64,000 bases of DNA, taken from positions 124,001 through 188,000 of the IMG/VR virus record IMGVR_UViG_3300032053_000002. One strand, written 5' to 3'. Numbering within the stretch: position 1 is the first letter of the stretch; every line of letters begins with the position of its first letter. Positions 44,435 to 53,532 of the stretch are shown here, in pieces. The notes beneath the pieces were generated by a model. It did not search any database, was not told the DNA's origin, and saw only the letters and a program-made list of their open reading frames with translations. A program made the translations under genes and the position numbers.

Positions 44435-45424
44435 TTATAATACACCTCTCCAATATTCCAGCAAATCATCACAGATATGAGTTAAACTCTTTTTAGGTTT
44501 CCAACCAAACTCATTTCTAAACTTTGAGCTGTCGGGAATCTGTAAAGTAATATCAGTTGGTCTAATTCTGTCGGGATTTAGTTGTTTGTAAAAAGCGTCT
44601 GGATATTTAGACATGGAAATTAGCATATCTAAAGCATCGCCAACAGTACAAGTATAATCCCCTCCGATATTGTATACTTCGCCAAACTTTTTTGCAGAAG
44701 AACATAACCAATATGCTTCAACCGCATCTTCAATATGATTATACGTCCTAACGGAGTTTAAGTTCCCGTGCTCTATTGAATATAATCCGATTGGAAAATC
44801 TTTTGATTTTTCATGCGCGACTATTTGATGCGCAAAAGAAGATAGTGCGAATTGTTTGCTGCGTCTTGCTCCCTCGTGACTAAACATTCTCGTAATAATA
44901 ACCTTCATGCCATACGCCGAATGATAATATTGTGACATCAAATCATGCCCGACTTTGGAAATTGAATAAGGATTCGCCGCTCGAATCGGATTTTTTTCTG
45001 TAATCGGAACTTCGTCTTTGGTAGGATTTCCATAGACTTCAGAAGAAGATACACTAACTATTATTGGATTACACCATCCCGCTTCTTTAAAGTTTTTTAG
45101 TTCTTCCATAAGATTTGTCGTACCAAGCACATTTGTTGTCAAAGTCATTATCGGAGTTAAGAAACTCGTTTCAGGAAAACTTTGCGCGGCAAAATGATAA
45201 ACAATATCTGGTAAAGATGCTTTAATAGCTCTAAATAAACTTCCTCTGTCTGTTAAGTCGGCTTCGAGAAACTTTACTCTCATATCAGAATAGAAATGTT
45301 TTATATTATCATCTCTACTTCTCCATCGTCTTATCGCATATATTTGTATATTTTCTTTTTTCAGAAGATAGTCCACCATGTGACTACCGACAAATCCCGT
45401 GCAACCTGTAAGTAAAACTTTCAT
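44435..45424 (-). CDS. GDP-mannose 4,6-dehydratase / Rmd-like SDR
   Basis: TGCTGFVG, HFAAQSF, SSSEVYG, NPYSISK, FSHEG. Confidence 0.8.
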   Translation of the reverse strand: MKVLLTGCTGFVGSHMVDYLLKKENIQIYAIRRWRSRDDNIKHFYSDMRVKFLEADLTDRGSLFRAIKASLPDIVYHFAAQSFPETSFLTPIMTLTTNVLGTTNLMEELKNFKEAGWCNPIIVSVSSSEVYGNPTKDEVPITEKNPIRAANPYSISKVGHDLMSQYYHSAYGMKVIITRMFSHEGARRSKQFALSSFAHQIVAHEKSKDFPIGLYSIEHGNLNSVRTYNHIEDAVEAYWLCSSAKKFGEVYNIGGDYTCTVGDALDMLISMSKYPDAFYKQLNPDRIRPTDITLQIPDSSKFRNEFGWKPKKSLTHICDDLLEYWRGVL

Positions 45425-45624
45425 AAACTTTCTCCCGTTTTTATATCATATACCGGCAACTTGCTCGTATGTTTTTTCTCATACGCATAAATAAACGCGG
45501 ACGAACTTTTGCGATATATATTCTGCGAACGACAATTTGGGCATTCAATAAAAGATTCATAATCCGTATCAACCCATTGTGTATCGCAATCTTCACACCA
45601 CATTTCTTCAACATTTGTATTCAT
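45421..45624 (-). CDS. Zinc-ribbon protein
   Basis: CEDC...CPNC. Confidence 0.65.
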   Translation of the reverse strand: MNTNVEEMWCEDCDTQWVDTDYESFIECPNCRSQNIYRKSSSAFIYAYEKKHTSKLPVYDIKTGESL

Positions 45625-46570
45625 TTTTATACCATTTCAGAGTTTTCTTTATTCCTTCGTCTATACCGGTTTTCGCCGACCAGCCTAATAAATCTTTCGC
45701 CTTTGAGCAATCTAAATATAAAGATGTTGGAATTGTTGGTTTTGATAGATCATGCGTTACCTTTAATTGTTTCCCAGAGTGTTGAATTATTTTATTTACC
45801 AGGTCTATTATTTTAACAGCTTTACCCACCCCAACATTAAATAGTTCATAATTAGATTTTTGGTTTTCTAGCGACAAATCTATAAAATCTATTAAATCGT
45901 CTACATATAATAAATCTCTCGCCTCTTCACCGGTTCCCCAAACAACCAACTCTCCAGTTTTATTTGTCATTACTTTAGTAATTGTGGCGCCGAAAACATG
46001 GCTTTTTTCTAAATCATATTTATCGTACGGCCCGTACACATTCGAATGGCGAATTACTGTATGTTTGGTTCTTCCCAACCTCGAATAAAACTCACACATT
46101 TTTTCAATATAAACTTTTGTATTGCCTACACCAAAATAAGTTTTGTATATCTCGTCGTTACCGTTAAAATCCGTTTCCTTTAATGCTTTATCAGATGGTT
46201 GATACATAACAGTGCAACTTGGAAATATAATATGTTCTATCTTTTGTTCGTAGCATTCTCTTAAAATATAACTATTCATGACCGCATTATCAGTAACGTG
46301 AACGTATGGTTGATTGACTATATCGTTAGCACCAGACGTTGTTGCGGCGAACTGAAGTACAATATCAACATCTTTCAGTGCGTCTTTAACATCTACGGGA
46401 TTTCTCAAATCGCACCAAACCCATTCAGCATTTCGATATTCTCTCGCCAAAAATAATGACCACACGGAAAGAAATGGTATTCTAATTTTGTATTTTCCAC
46501 TTTTGTAATAATGATTTAATAAATTTCTGCCTATAAAACCAGATGCTCCGCAAATTAAAATTCTTTTCAT
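45608..46570 (-). CDS. NAD-dependent sugar epimerase/reductase (SDR)
   Basis: GASGFIG, FAATTSG, FGVGNTK, RHSNVYGP. Confidence 0.85.
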   Translation of the reverse strand: MKRILICGASGFIGRNLLNHYYKSGKYKIRIPFLSVWSLFLAREYRNAEWVWCDLRNPVDVKDALKDVDIVLQFAATTSGANDIVNQPYVHVTDNAVMNSYILRECYEQKIEHIIFPSCTVMYQPSDKALKETDFNGNDEIYKTYFGVGNTKVYIEKMCEFYSRLGRTKHTVIRHSNVYGPYDKYDLEKSHVFGATITKVMTNKTGELVVWGTGEEARDLLYVDDLIDFIDLSLENQKSNYELFNVGVGKAVKIIDLVNKIIQHSGKQLKVTHDLSKPTIPTSLYLDCSKAKDLLGWSAKTGIDEGIKKTLKWYKNEYKC

Positions 46571-46571
46571 T

Positions 46572-46757
46572 TTAACCCCTTCTCATTAAAAATCGTTTTG
46601 ACACGATTGCTACAATTGCCAATGTTAATGTTATTAAAAAAGAAATACTCATAACGTATATTATTGAATGAGTACCTTTTCCAGATAAGCAAACCAGAAA
46701 ATAGTATACCCACGTTCCGACCACAACAAGAGTAAAATTTTTCCAACTCGGTTTCAT
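46572..46757 (-). CDS. Small 2-TM membrane protein
   Basis: Two hydrophobic segments. Confidence 0.55.
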   Translation of the reverse strand: MKPSWKNFTLVVVGTWVYYFLVCLSGKGTHSIIYVMSISFLITLTLAIVAIVSKRFLMRRG

Positions 46758-46760
46758 TTT

Positions 46761-47450
46761 TTAACTTCCTCCCAAATAATCATCAATTGCTTGCCATGAT
46801 GTTTTTCCTGTATAAATTGGATTTGGAAATGTTTCTGGAGTAATATATGTAAAGTCGCCAAATTCAACATCGAAACCATAGTGATATTTAATATCTTTCA
46901 ATTTAACATTTCCCGTAGTAACAAAATCATAAATTCCCTGTAAATCGTAACATTGTTCGCTCATAAAAAATTTCAAAAGATAATCATAGCAAACATAATT
47001 AAAGGTCGATTCTTCAGATAAAGTTATTTTTTCTCCTATAATCATTTTCGTGAAATGATTTTCTCTCATTCCTTTGCCAATTAATGCTGAACATCTCAAT
47101 ATCAATGAATTTGGGTATTGTTTAACAATCGATTCGGTGAATCTTTTAAACATACTGTAAAGATTTTCTTGTAAAGCGAACCAATATACATCAATAGATG
47201 AAATATAAATAAACTTACCATACTTCATGTTTAGCAATCTTTGGGTTAGTAAAATGTTATCATCGATATATTTGTAGTAGTCAGTTATTTTTTTTTCCTT
47301 ATTGAAAGCACAATGAATAACAGTATCATATTCTTTATTTTTTATGTCGTCAAAATTATGTCTATTCAATCCAACAGAGTTATTTAAATTTTCATATAAA
47401 TATTTACCTAGACCGCTACCAACACCTGTAATCAAATATTTCTTTATCAT
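46761..47450 (-). CDS. Short NAD-dependent epimerase/reductase (SDR)
   Basis: LITGVGSGLG, IHCAFN, YSMFK; start set at MIKKY. Confidence 0.75.
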   Translation of the reverse strand: MIKKYLITGVGSGLGKYLYENLNNSVGLNRHNFDDIKNKEYDTVIHCAFNKEKKITDYYKYIDDNILLTQRLLNMKYGKFIYISSIDVYWFALQENLYSMFKRFTESIVKQYPNSLILRCSALIGKGMRENHFTKMIIGEKITLSEESTFNYVCYDYLLKFFMSEQCYDLQGIYDFVTTGNVKLKDIKYHYGFDVEFGDFTYITPETFPNPIYTGKTSWQAIDDYLGGS

Positions 47451-47558
47451 TTTAATTTCCTTTCTTTTGGTAAGAAAGGGTACGCTCCAATTTTCCACCA
47501 TATAAACACCGCTATTAAAAATAGAGAAATCCAAAACACTAAAAATACAATATTCATA

Positions 47559-48554
47559 TTATTTAACTCCCTTCTTAAAAGCATTATATCTTTTATCAAC
47601 AATATCTTTATTTTCTAAATACCATTTTATTGTATCTTTTATGCCTTCTTCAATTGAAATAAATGGCTCGAATCCATATGAACGAATGCGACCTGTATCG
47701 AATAGTCTTTCTAAATCTCCGGTAGGCTTGTCGCTCAACCATTTTATCGGTTTGTTAAATTCTTTCGCCACAATCTCGGCGACTTCCTTAATCGCTACCC
47801 CAAATCCACTTCCCAGATTAACTGGTTGAGTTATACCGCTTTCAACTGCTAATATCATTCCCCTGGCGACATCATCGGCGTGTATAAAATCTCTAATGGG
47901 GCTTCCGTCTCCCCAAACTTCCAACATATCATTTTCATCGGCTTTTCGTATTAGTGAAGGTATAACCATAGCATTTTCTGGATCGAAGTTATCATATCGC
48001 CCATAAACATTCGCGGGTCTGACAATAGATACTTTATTCCAATTATATTGTATGGAATATGCTTCCGCTTGTAACTCTCCCATCCGTTTCGCCCAACCTG
48101 CAAACCTATCATTAGGCGATGGAAATGTTTTCCACACATCGTCTTCTCTAAATAACTTAGCAGGAGAATACACACCAACAGAACTTGTATACAGATACCA
48201 TTCTACATCTGCAAGTCTCGCCGCTTCCATCATGTTTGTGTTGAATTGCAGCATGGGAACAAAAAAACTTGCGGGTTGTTCCGCACACATTTTCGGAGAA
48301 CCTTTTACGCCAACTAAATTAAATACGTAATCCATTCTTTCGCAAATAGCGCGGCAATCTTCAAAATTTCTTAAATCGGCATAAACGTATACGGCATCCA
48401 ACCCTTCAGGATATGTCAAATCCGCCACTTCCACATCCGCTCCGCAAATCTTTAACCTCTCGACCAATGAGCGGCCTATCATTCCACTACCACCAGTAAC
48501 TAAAACTTTTTTATTTTCTAAATTATTTTGTAGCATAACATTCTCCATACTCAA
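47559..48554 (-). CDS. NAD-dependent sugar epimerase/reductase (SDR)
   Basis: TGGSGMIG, YTSSVGVY, AGWAKRMGE, RPANVYG. Confidence 0.85.
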   Translation of the reverse strand: MSMENVMLQNNLENKKVLVTGGSGMIGRSLVERLKICGADVEVADLTYPEGLDAVYVYADLRNFEDCRAICERMDYVFNLVGVKGSPKMCAEQPASFFVPMLQFNTNMMEAARLADVEWYLYTSSVGVYSPAKLFREDDVWKTFPSPNDRFAGWAKRMGELQAEAYSIQYNWNKVSIVRPANVYGRYDNFDPENAMVIPSLIRKADENDMLEVWGDGSPIRDFIHADDVARGMILAVESGITQPVNLGSGFGVAIKEVAEIVAKEFNKPIKWLSDKPTGDLERLFDTGRIRSYGFEPFISIEEGIKDTIKWYLENKDIVDKRYNAFKKGVK

Positions 48555-49059
48555 TTAATAATGTTGATATAAAATCATTTCTATTATATGCAAATTCAAA
48601 TGCTGGAAATATCTGTTCAGCTGAATTTAATATTACTATATTAATTTCGTTTAACATATGTACGAACGCGGAAGTATGATTCTGGGTATGTTGAACTCCG
48701 GCGTCTAACGGTGTTTTCGACCCGACCGAAGTTCGTATAATAACTCTTGGCAATTTTTCCCCTTTTGACATTTCTCGCATTTTATCAAGATGATTTACTA
48801 ACTGATTGCATGCAAGAATTAGAAAATCAAATCGGGGGTAACAAGTTATCGGAACAAATCCTTCCAACGCAAGTCCTGTGGATATACCCATTTGTAATTC
48901 TTCAGCAACAGGCATCTCATATCGTTTTTCTTTTGGTACACGTTCCATTGTACCAGACATAGCATGACCACTATATACAATTGCTTGCCCAATAAAAATA
49001 GTATTTGGTTTTTCTGCTAGCCATTCCATTGCCTTAATTAATTCTTCTCTGTATTTCAT
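48523..49059 (-). CDS. TPP-dependent E1-beta-like subunit, pyrimidine-binding domain only
   Basis: MPVAEELQMGISTGLALEG, QLVNHLDK; 178 aa. Confidence 0.8.
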   Translation of the reverse strand: MKYREELIKAMEWLAEKPNTIFIGQAIVYSGHAMSGTMERVPKEKRYEMPVAEELQMGISTGLALEGFVPITCYPRFDFLILACNQLVNHLDKMREMSKGEKLPRVIIRTSVGSKTPLDAGVQHTQNHTSAFVHMLNEINIVILNSAEQIFPAFEFAYNRNDFISTLLIEYGECYATK

Positions 49060-49072
49060 AAGTTTTTCGCCT

Positions 49073-49699
49073 TTAAAAATTTAAAAATTTGCCAGTTCCG
49101 TGGTGAGGATACTCTAATTTGTATGAATACGTAATAATATCACTGTAAAAAGGACTTGGGATGCCCCACGCAATATTAGTTGGCGTATGAACGCTCATAC
49201 CGTTGTCCTCGACAACAAATTGAATGGGCAAATTGAAATTTTTTGAATACTTATGGCTTTCGTGAAATATTCCCGTTTCATAAGTCATATCGCCAATAAA
49301 GCACCACACTTTTCTTTCAGATTGTTTAAATTTTAGCGCCAGTGCAACACCAACCGCTATTGGTATTATTCCACCAACAATTGAAGATGCATAAAAGTTT
49401 TTATAACTGGTACTCATACTTCTACCATTTAATATGTCTTGAAACAAAATATCTGGCGACATCCCATGTAATAATGCATGATAGTGATTTCTCCACGTAG
49501 AAAACACCCAATCGTCCGGATGAACATATTGAAAAATTTCCATTAGTTCATCTTCATTTCCTTTTGATAAATGAATCGCGGCTTTTATTTTTCCGTCGTT
49601 ATAATATTCGGCAACCGCCGTTTCAAAGTCAATAAGTTCTTGTTTAGTAATTGTAATATCTCTAATTTTTTTAAGATTTTTTGGAATGTGTATATCCAT
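49073..49699 (-). CDS. TPP-dependent E1-alpha-like subunit (short)
   Basis: HLSKGNE, STWRNHYH, IVGGIIP.AVG, GD...ETG...EDN TPP motif; 208 aa. Confidence 0.8.
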   Translation of the reverse strand: MDIHIPKNLKKIRDITITKQELIDFETAVAEYYNDGKIKAAIHLSKGNEDELMEIFQYVHPDDWVFSTWRNHYHALLHGMSPDILFQDILNGRSMSTSYKNFYASSIVGGIIPIAVGVALALKFKQSERKVWCFIGDMTYETGIFHESHKYSKNFNLPIQFVVEDNGMSVHTPTNIAWGIPSPFYSDIITYSYKLEYPHHGTGKFLNF

Positions 49700-49700
49700 A

Positions 49701-50477
49701 TTATACGTCCCTCAATAAATTTTTAATTTTGCTTCCTGAACGCACCCAAACACTTCTCGAAGGCTTTCCAACTACCGCATCTACCATCGAACCCAATTCT
49801 ATGCAATGTATATTCTTATTTAAATTCCACAATCTCTTTGTAATAACTCGCCCCGCCATACCTGCAGTAGGTAAAACCAATTCAACATCATCGACATACT
49901 TTAATACTTCAGGCCACCACTCGTCCATAGAATAATATGCTCCCGAAAATACTTTCTGTTCTTCTACTTTTGCGCAAGGAATTTTAACATAATAATCTAT
50001 TTTACCTACTAATTTTTCGATTTCGTTTTTATCTACACTTCCTATAAAAAGTTTTTTCTTTGGACGTATAAAAACATCTAGAAAATTCATCATTATATCT
50101 TGTTGGCACACGGCTAAATAAGTTAATAAAACGTGAGAATCGAAAGTTATTTCTTCTCTTTCGCCATCATAAAGACGCTCAATAAGATCTAATATTTGTT
50201 TATTGCGAGCCGAATTTACGGGTTGCAAACTAAAACCATTAAACGTAGGCTCGTTTACCATAACACCTTTAATATAATTCGGAGCGTCAATCATAAACGC
50301 GCCAACCAATTCTTTTTGAAGTTCGGGTGACGCGGCGTGTTCTATACACCTTCCCGTACCAAACATAATATTTAAATCGCCGTCACCAAATCTGCAATAG
50401 TATACTTTAGTATTCGTACTCAACAAATTATACAATTTGTTAAGCGTTGTTTGTATGTCATTGGTTTTTATTATCAT
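49701..50477 (-). CDS. GT-D-fold-like glycosyltransferase
   Basis: YCRFGDGD motif. Confidence 0.55.
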   Translation of the reverse strand: MIIKTNDIQTTLNKLYNLLSTNTKVYYCRFGDGDLNIMFGTGRCIEHAASPELQKELVGAFMIDAPNYIKGVMVNEPTFNGFSLQPVNSARNKQILDLIERLYDGEREEITFDSHVLLTYLAVCQQDIMMNFLDVFIRPKKKLFIGSVDKNEIEKLVGKIDYYVKIPCAKVEEQKVFSGAYYSMDEWWPEVLKYVDDVELVLPTAGMAGRVITKRLWNLNKNIHCIELGSMVDAVVGKPSRSVWVRSGSKIKNLLRDV

Positions 50478-50478
50478 T

Positions 50479-51441
50479 CTATTCTCCTCGAATATAAAGA
50501 AGATCGTCGCCTTCTTTACCTTTTATTCCTAACTGATAATTATGTTCTAACATATATGTATGAAAATCGTTAACCTGCGTTGGCGAAAGAATTAATGGAT
50601 GTTGTTCCGCAAAAATAACTTTTGGTCTTATATTTTTTAGCCCTTTTATTACGTTTAATTCCAACCCCTCCACGTCAATATGAAGCAAATCAATTTCCGT
50701 AATGTTGTTTTCTTGACAATATGTGTGCAAAGAAATTGTTTTTATTTTTATGGGATCCGAAAATATAATTCTATAATCCCCATCTTTCGCTCTCGATTCA
50801 ATAAATGTTCCGCTCCCGCAAATTACTTGCCGCCCCGATGCAACTTTAGCTGAATAAAAATTGCGCTCACCATCTTCGTCCGATACTCCAATATTTGAAA
50901 GGATGATGCCTTCATCTTTCATATAATCTTTAATTTTATCATTGATTCCAGGATCCGCTTCAAATGCATGCACTTGCGCGTTTTTCCACTTACGTTTGAA
51001 TCGTATTGAATCTCCACCATTATTGCACCCGACATCAAAAATTACTTTAGGAATTATTTCCAGTTCGTCTATCCAATTTAAATTAAATGCGCTATAGTTA
51101 AGATAGAGAATCGTTTCTTTTCCGAATTCATTTATTGTGGTTTTATAAAAATTCTCGGTTTCTCCGGGTAAATAATCGGATTTTATCTTTTTATTTACGA
51201 TTGTAGGCATTGCCGTCACCCGCGCATTTTCTTCTTTCAATTCTTTATATTTGGATTTTATTTCATCATATAATTTTTCCAATCGAATCTTTTCTTCTTT
51301 CAACTCTTTATATCTCGTTTCTATCTGGTCGAGCGTTTTTTTCAAATAGTCAATTGTTTTTTGAACGTCGATAATTTGAAATTTAGTCTGGCCCAATTGA
51401 AACGCCAGATTTTCATATAAGACTTTAATGGAATCAGGCAT
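50479..51441 (-). CDS. FkbM-family methyltransferase with N-terminal coiled coil
   Basis: FDVGCNNG, AFEADP, HIDVEGLE; repeated YKELKEE heptads. Confidence 0.85.
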   Translation of the reverse strand: MPDSIKVLYENLAFQLGQTKFQIIDVQKTIDYLKKTLDQIETRYKELKEEKIRLEKLYDEIKSKYKELKEENARVTAMPTIVNKKIKSDYLPGETENFYKTTINEFGKETILYLNYSAFNLNWIDELEIIPKVIFDVGCNNGGDSIRFKRKWKNAQVHAFEADPGINDKIKDYMKDEGIILSNIGVSDEDGERNFYSAKVASGRQVICGSGTFIESRAKDGDYRIIFSDPIKIKTISLHTYCQENNITEIDLLHIDVEGLELNVIKGLKNIRPKVIFAEQHPLILSPTQVNDFHTYMLEHNYQLGIKGKEGDDLLYIRGE

Positions 51442-52837
51442 AATTTACATCTCTTTTATATAGTTCTTTATTATTCATCATTTTTTCAAATACGTCTAAA
51501 TTTTTTATTGGCGCCAAATCATACGCTAATTTCTGATATTTTCTAAGTGTTTCTATGCTCATTCTTTCACTTTCCATAACTATCCCGTGTTGTTTTCCGT
51601 ACTCATCCCAATCATTAGATAATATTTTTAATCCATATTCTCCTTTAGTTGCCCACTCTCTCAATATTGTCCCTGGAAATGGAACCGCTATTGGGTATGT
51701 TAGGGAATATACTTTTGGATATAAAAGTTTGGAAAATTCTATAATTTCTTTCGCCGTTTCTTCGGTTTCCCCCGCCAAATTAAAGATAAAACTTCCCGCC
51801 GTAATAATTCCCGCATCCCACGCAGCATCCACCGCACTTTTTATTTGCCATTTTGTTTTAATTCCCTTACCCACTCTCGCAAGCATATCTTCATTCGCAG
51901 CTTCAAATCCGAAAAATATGTAATAACATCCTGCTTCCCTCATCAATTTGTAAAACGAAAGGTCGTCTATATGAACCGTCGTTTCGCAAGACCATTTTAT
52001 TTTTTTGGAGATTCCGGTCTCTATCATTTTTTTAAATAATTGTTCAGACCAATTTTTATTAACTACAAAAGATTCATCTAAAAAAACTATTGCCTCTACA
52101 CCAAAATCTCTGTGATTTCTTTCCATTTCATATATAATACTATCGATTGAACGATAAGTACGTTTCTTTCCAAAAGGTCTGGCGCAGAAATGACAATTGT
52201 ACGGACACCCTCTGCTTGTGCTCATGGGAAGTTCCCGAGATGTTCGGTGTGGGTCGCCTCCCATATATTTATTTAAATCCGCAAAATCTTCCCACGCGGG
52301 TGATGGTAAGTCATCTAACACCGTCACTCTTAGCGAATCGGACGGGGAAAAGGATTCCGCCGTATAAATTCCCGGAACTTTATTTGGAGTATTTAAATTT
52401 TCAAATATCAAAGGCAGAAGTGTATCAGCTTCACCTTTGACTGAAAAATCAAAGACCGGAAATTCTTTTAATGTCTCCACCGGCATAGCGGATGCATGAG
52501 AACCGCCAACGCATATTTTTATTTGCGGAAATTCGTTTTTAATATGTTGCGCAATCTTGGCAGCAGTTTTAATTTGCACAGTGAATGCGGTGAATCCTAT
52601 CAATAATGGTTGTTCTTTTTTTATAATATCAATCAATTCTGGTATATTAACATTTTCCGTTACCAAATTAACAACCTTTGACTTTATATTATATTTTTTA
52701 GCGGATGCCTGTAAATATGCCAATCCAATGTTTGGCACATTTCCAGTAGATAAGTTTTTTAATACTTGTTCTTTTTTAAATTTATCAACCATTCTAGGAT
52801 CAAACTGCGTATCAATTAATAATAAATCTAAACTCAT
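51434..52837 (-). CDS. B12-binding radical SAM enzyme (class B methylase-like)
   Basis: PNIGLAYL, VGGSHAS, SRGCPYNCHFC, FLDESF. Confidence 0.9.
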   Translation of the reverse strand: MSLDLLLIDTQFDPRMVDKFKKEQVLKNLSTGNVPNIGLAYLQASAKKYNIKSKVVNLVTENVNIPELIDIIKKEQPLLIGFTAFTVQIKTAAKIAQHIKNEFPQIKICVGGSHASAMPVETLKEFPVFDFSVKGEADTLLPLIFENLNTPNKVPGIYTAESFSPSDSLRVTVLDDLPSPAWEDFADLNKYMGGDPHRTSRELPMSTSRGCPYNCHFCARPFGKKRTYRSIDSIIYEMERNHRDFGVEAIVFLDESFVVNKNWSEQLFKKMIETGISKKIKWSCETTVHIDDLSFYKLMREAGCYYIFFGFEAANEDMLARVGKGIKTKWQIKSAVDAAWDAGIITAGSFIFNLAGETEETAKEIIEFSKLLYPKVYSLTYPIAVPFPGTILREWATKGEYGLKILSNDWDEYGKQHGIVMESERMSIETLRKYQKLAYDLAPIKNLDVFEKMMNNKELYKRDVNYA

Positions 52838-53532
52838 AATAGATTACTCATTTTTGTTATATTCATAGAAATATCTTCGGAATCAATAAACTTTCTGTTC
52901 TTATGTATAGGTAAAACTTTTGGATTGGTTTTCTTTGCCATATCATAAACCGTTTTTAACTCTGTTCCGATATTATATATTCCGATTGCATCCTTCTTTA
53001 TTACTTTTATCATCAACTTTGCTATCACATCAACATAATCGAAATTTCCAACTAAATCAATCCATGCGCTATCGTAAGGAAATGGTATCGGTTTAAAAGA
53101 AGATCTTAATATTAAGTATTTGTTCGACTTTGCAACTATATATGCATCGGCTAATAACTTTGTATAAGTATACCAATTATCATAATGAATAGGAATATCT
53201 TCTTCTGTCGCCATCTTTTTTGAATTCGCATAAACATAATCCGTGCTGATATGAACTAATTTTATATTTAACTTGTTGCATAATTCTACCAAATCAATCA
53301 CCGCAACATAATTTGTATTCCAGTGCATATTTCTTGTGTTATCCAACGTGTTCGTATACGCAATGCAATTTATCAATTCTTTCGGGTTGTATTTTAACAA
53401 TAAAGGATAATAACTATTGCTATCAATAAAATCAAATTTATCTTTTAGGCGACTTATACAATTCCATCTTGTCAAGTTAATAATTTTACTTCCTAAAAGT
53501 CCATCACCTAAAATTAATCTTTTCGGTTTCAT
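52834..53532 (-). CDS. rfbD: dTDP-4-dehydrorhamnose reductase-like
   Basis: LGDGLLG, INCIAYT, HISTDYVY, YTYTK. Confidence 0.75.
   Translation of the reverse strand: MKPKRLILGDGLLGSKIINLTRWNCISRLKDKFDFIDSNSYYPLLLKYNPKELINCIAYTNTLDNTRNMHWNTNYVAVIDLVELCNKLNIKLVHISTDYVYANSKKMATEEDIPIHYDNWYTYTKLLADAYIVAKSNKYLILRSSFKPIPFPYDSAWIDLVGNFDYVDVIAKLMIKVIKKDAIGIYNIGTELKTVYDMAKKTNPKVLPIHKNRKFIDSEDISMNITKMSNLL

Noticed and set aside
48523-49699. Pyruvate dehydrogenase as an auxiliary metabolic gene
   Set aside because: Subunits are truncated, there is no E2/E3, and the context is nucleotide-sugar enzymes
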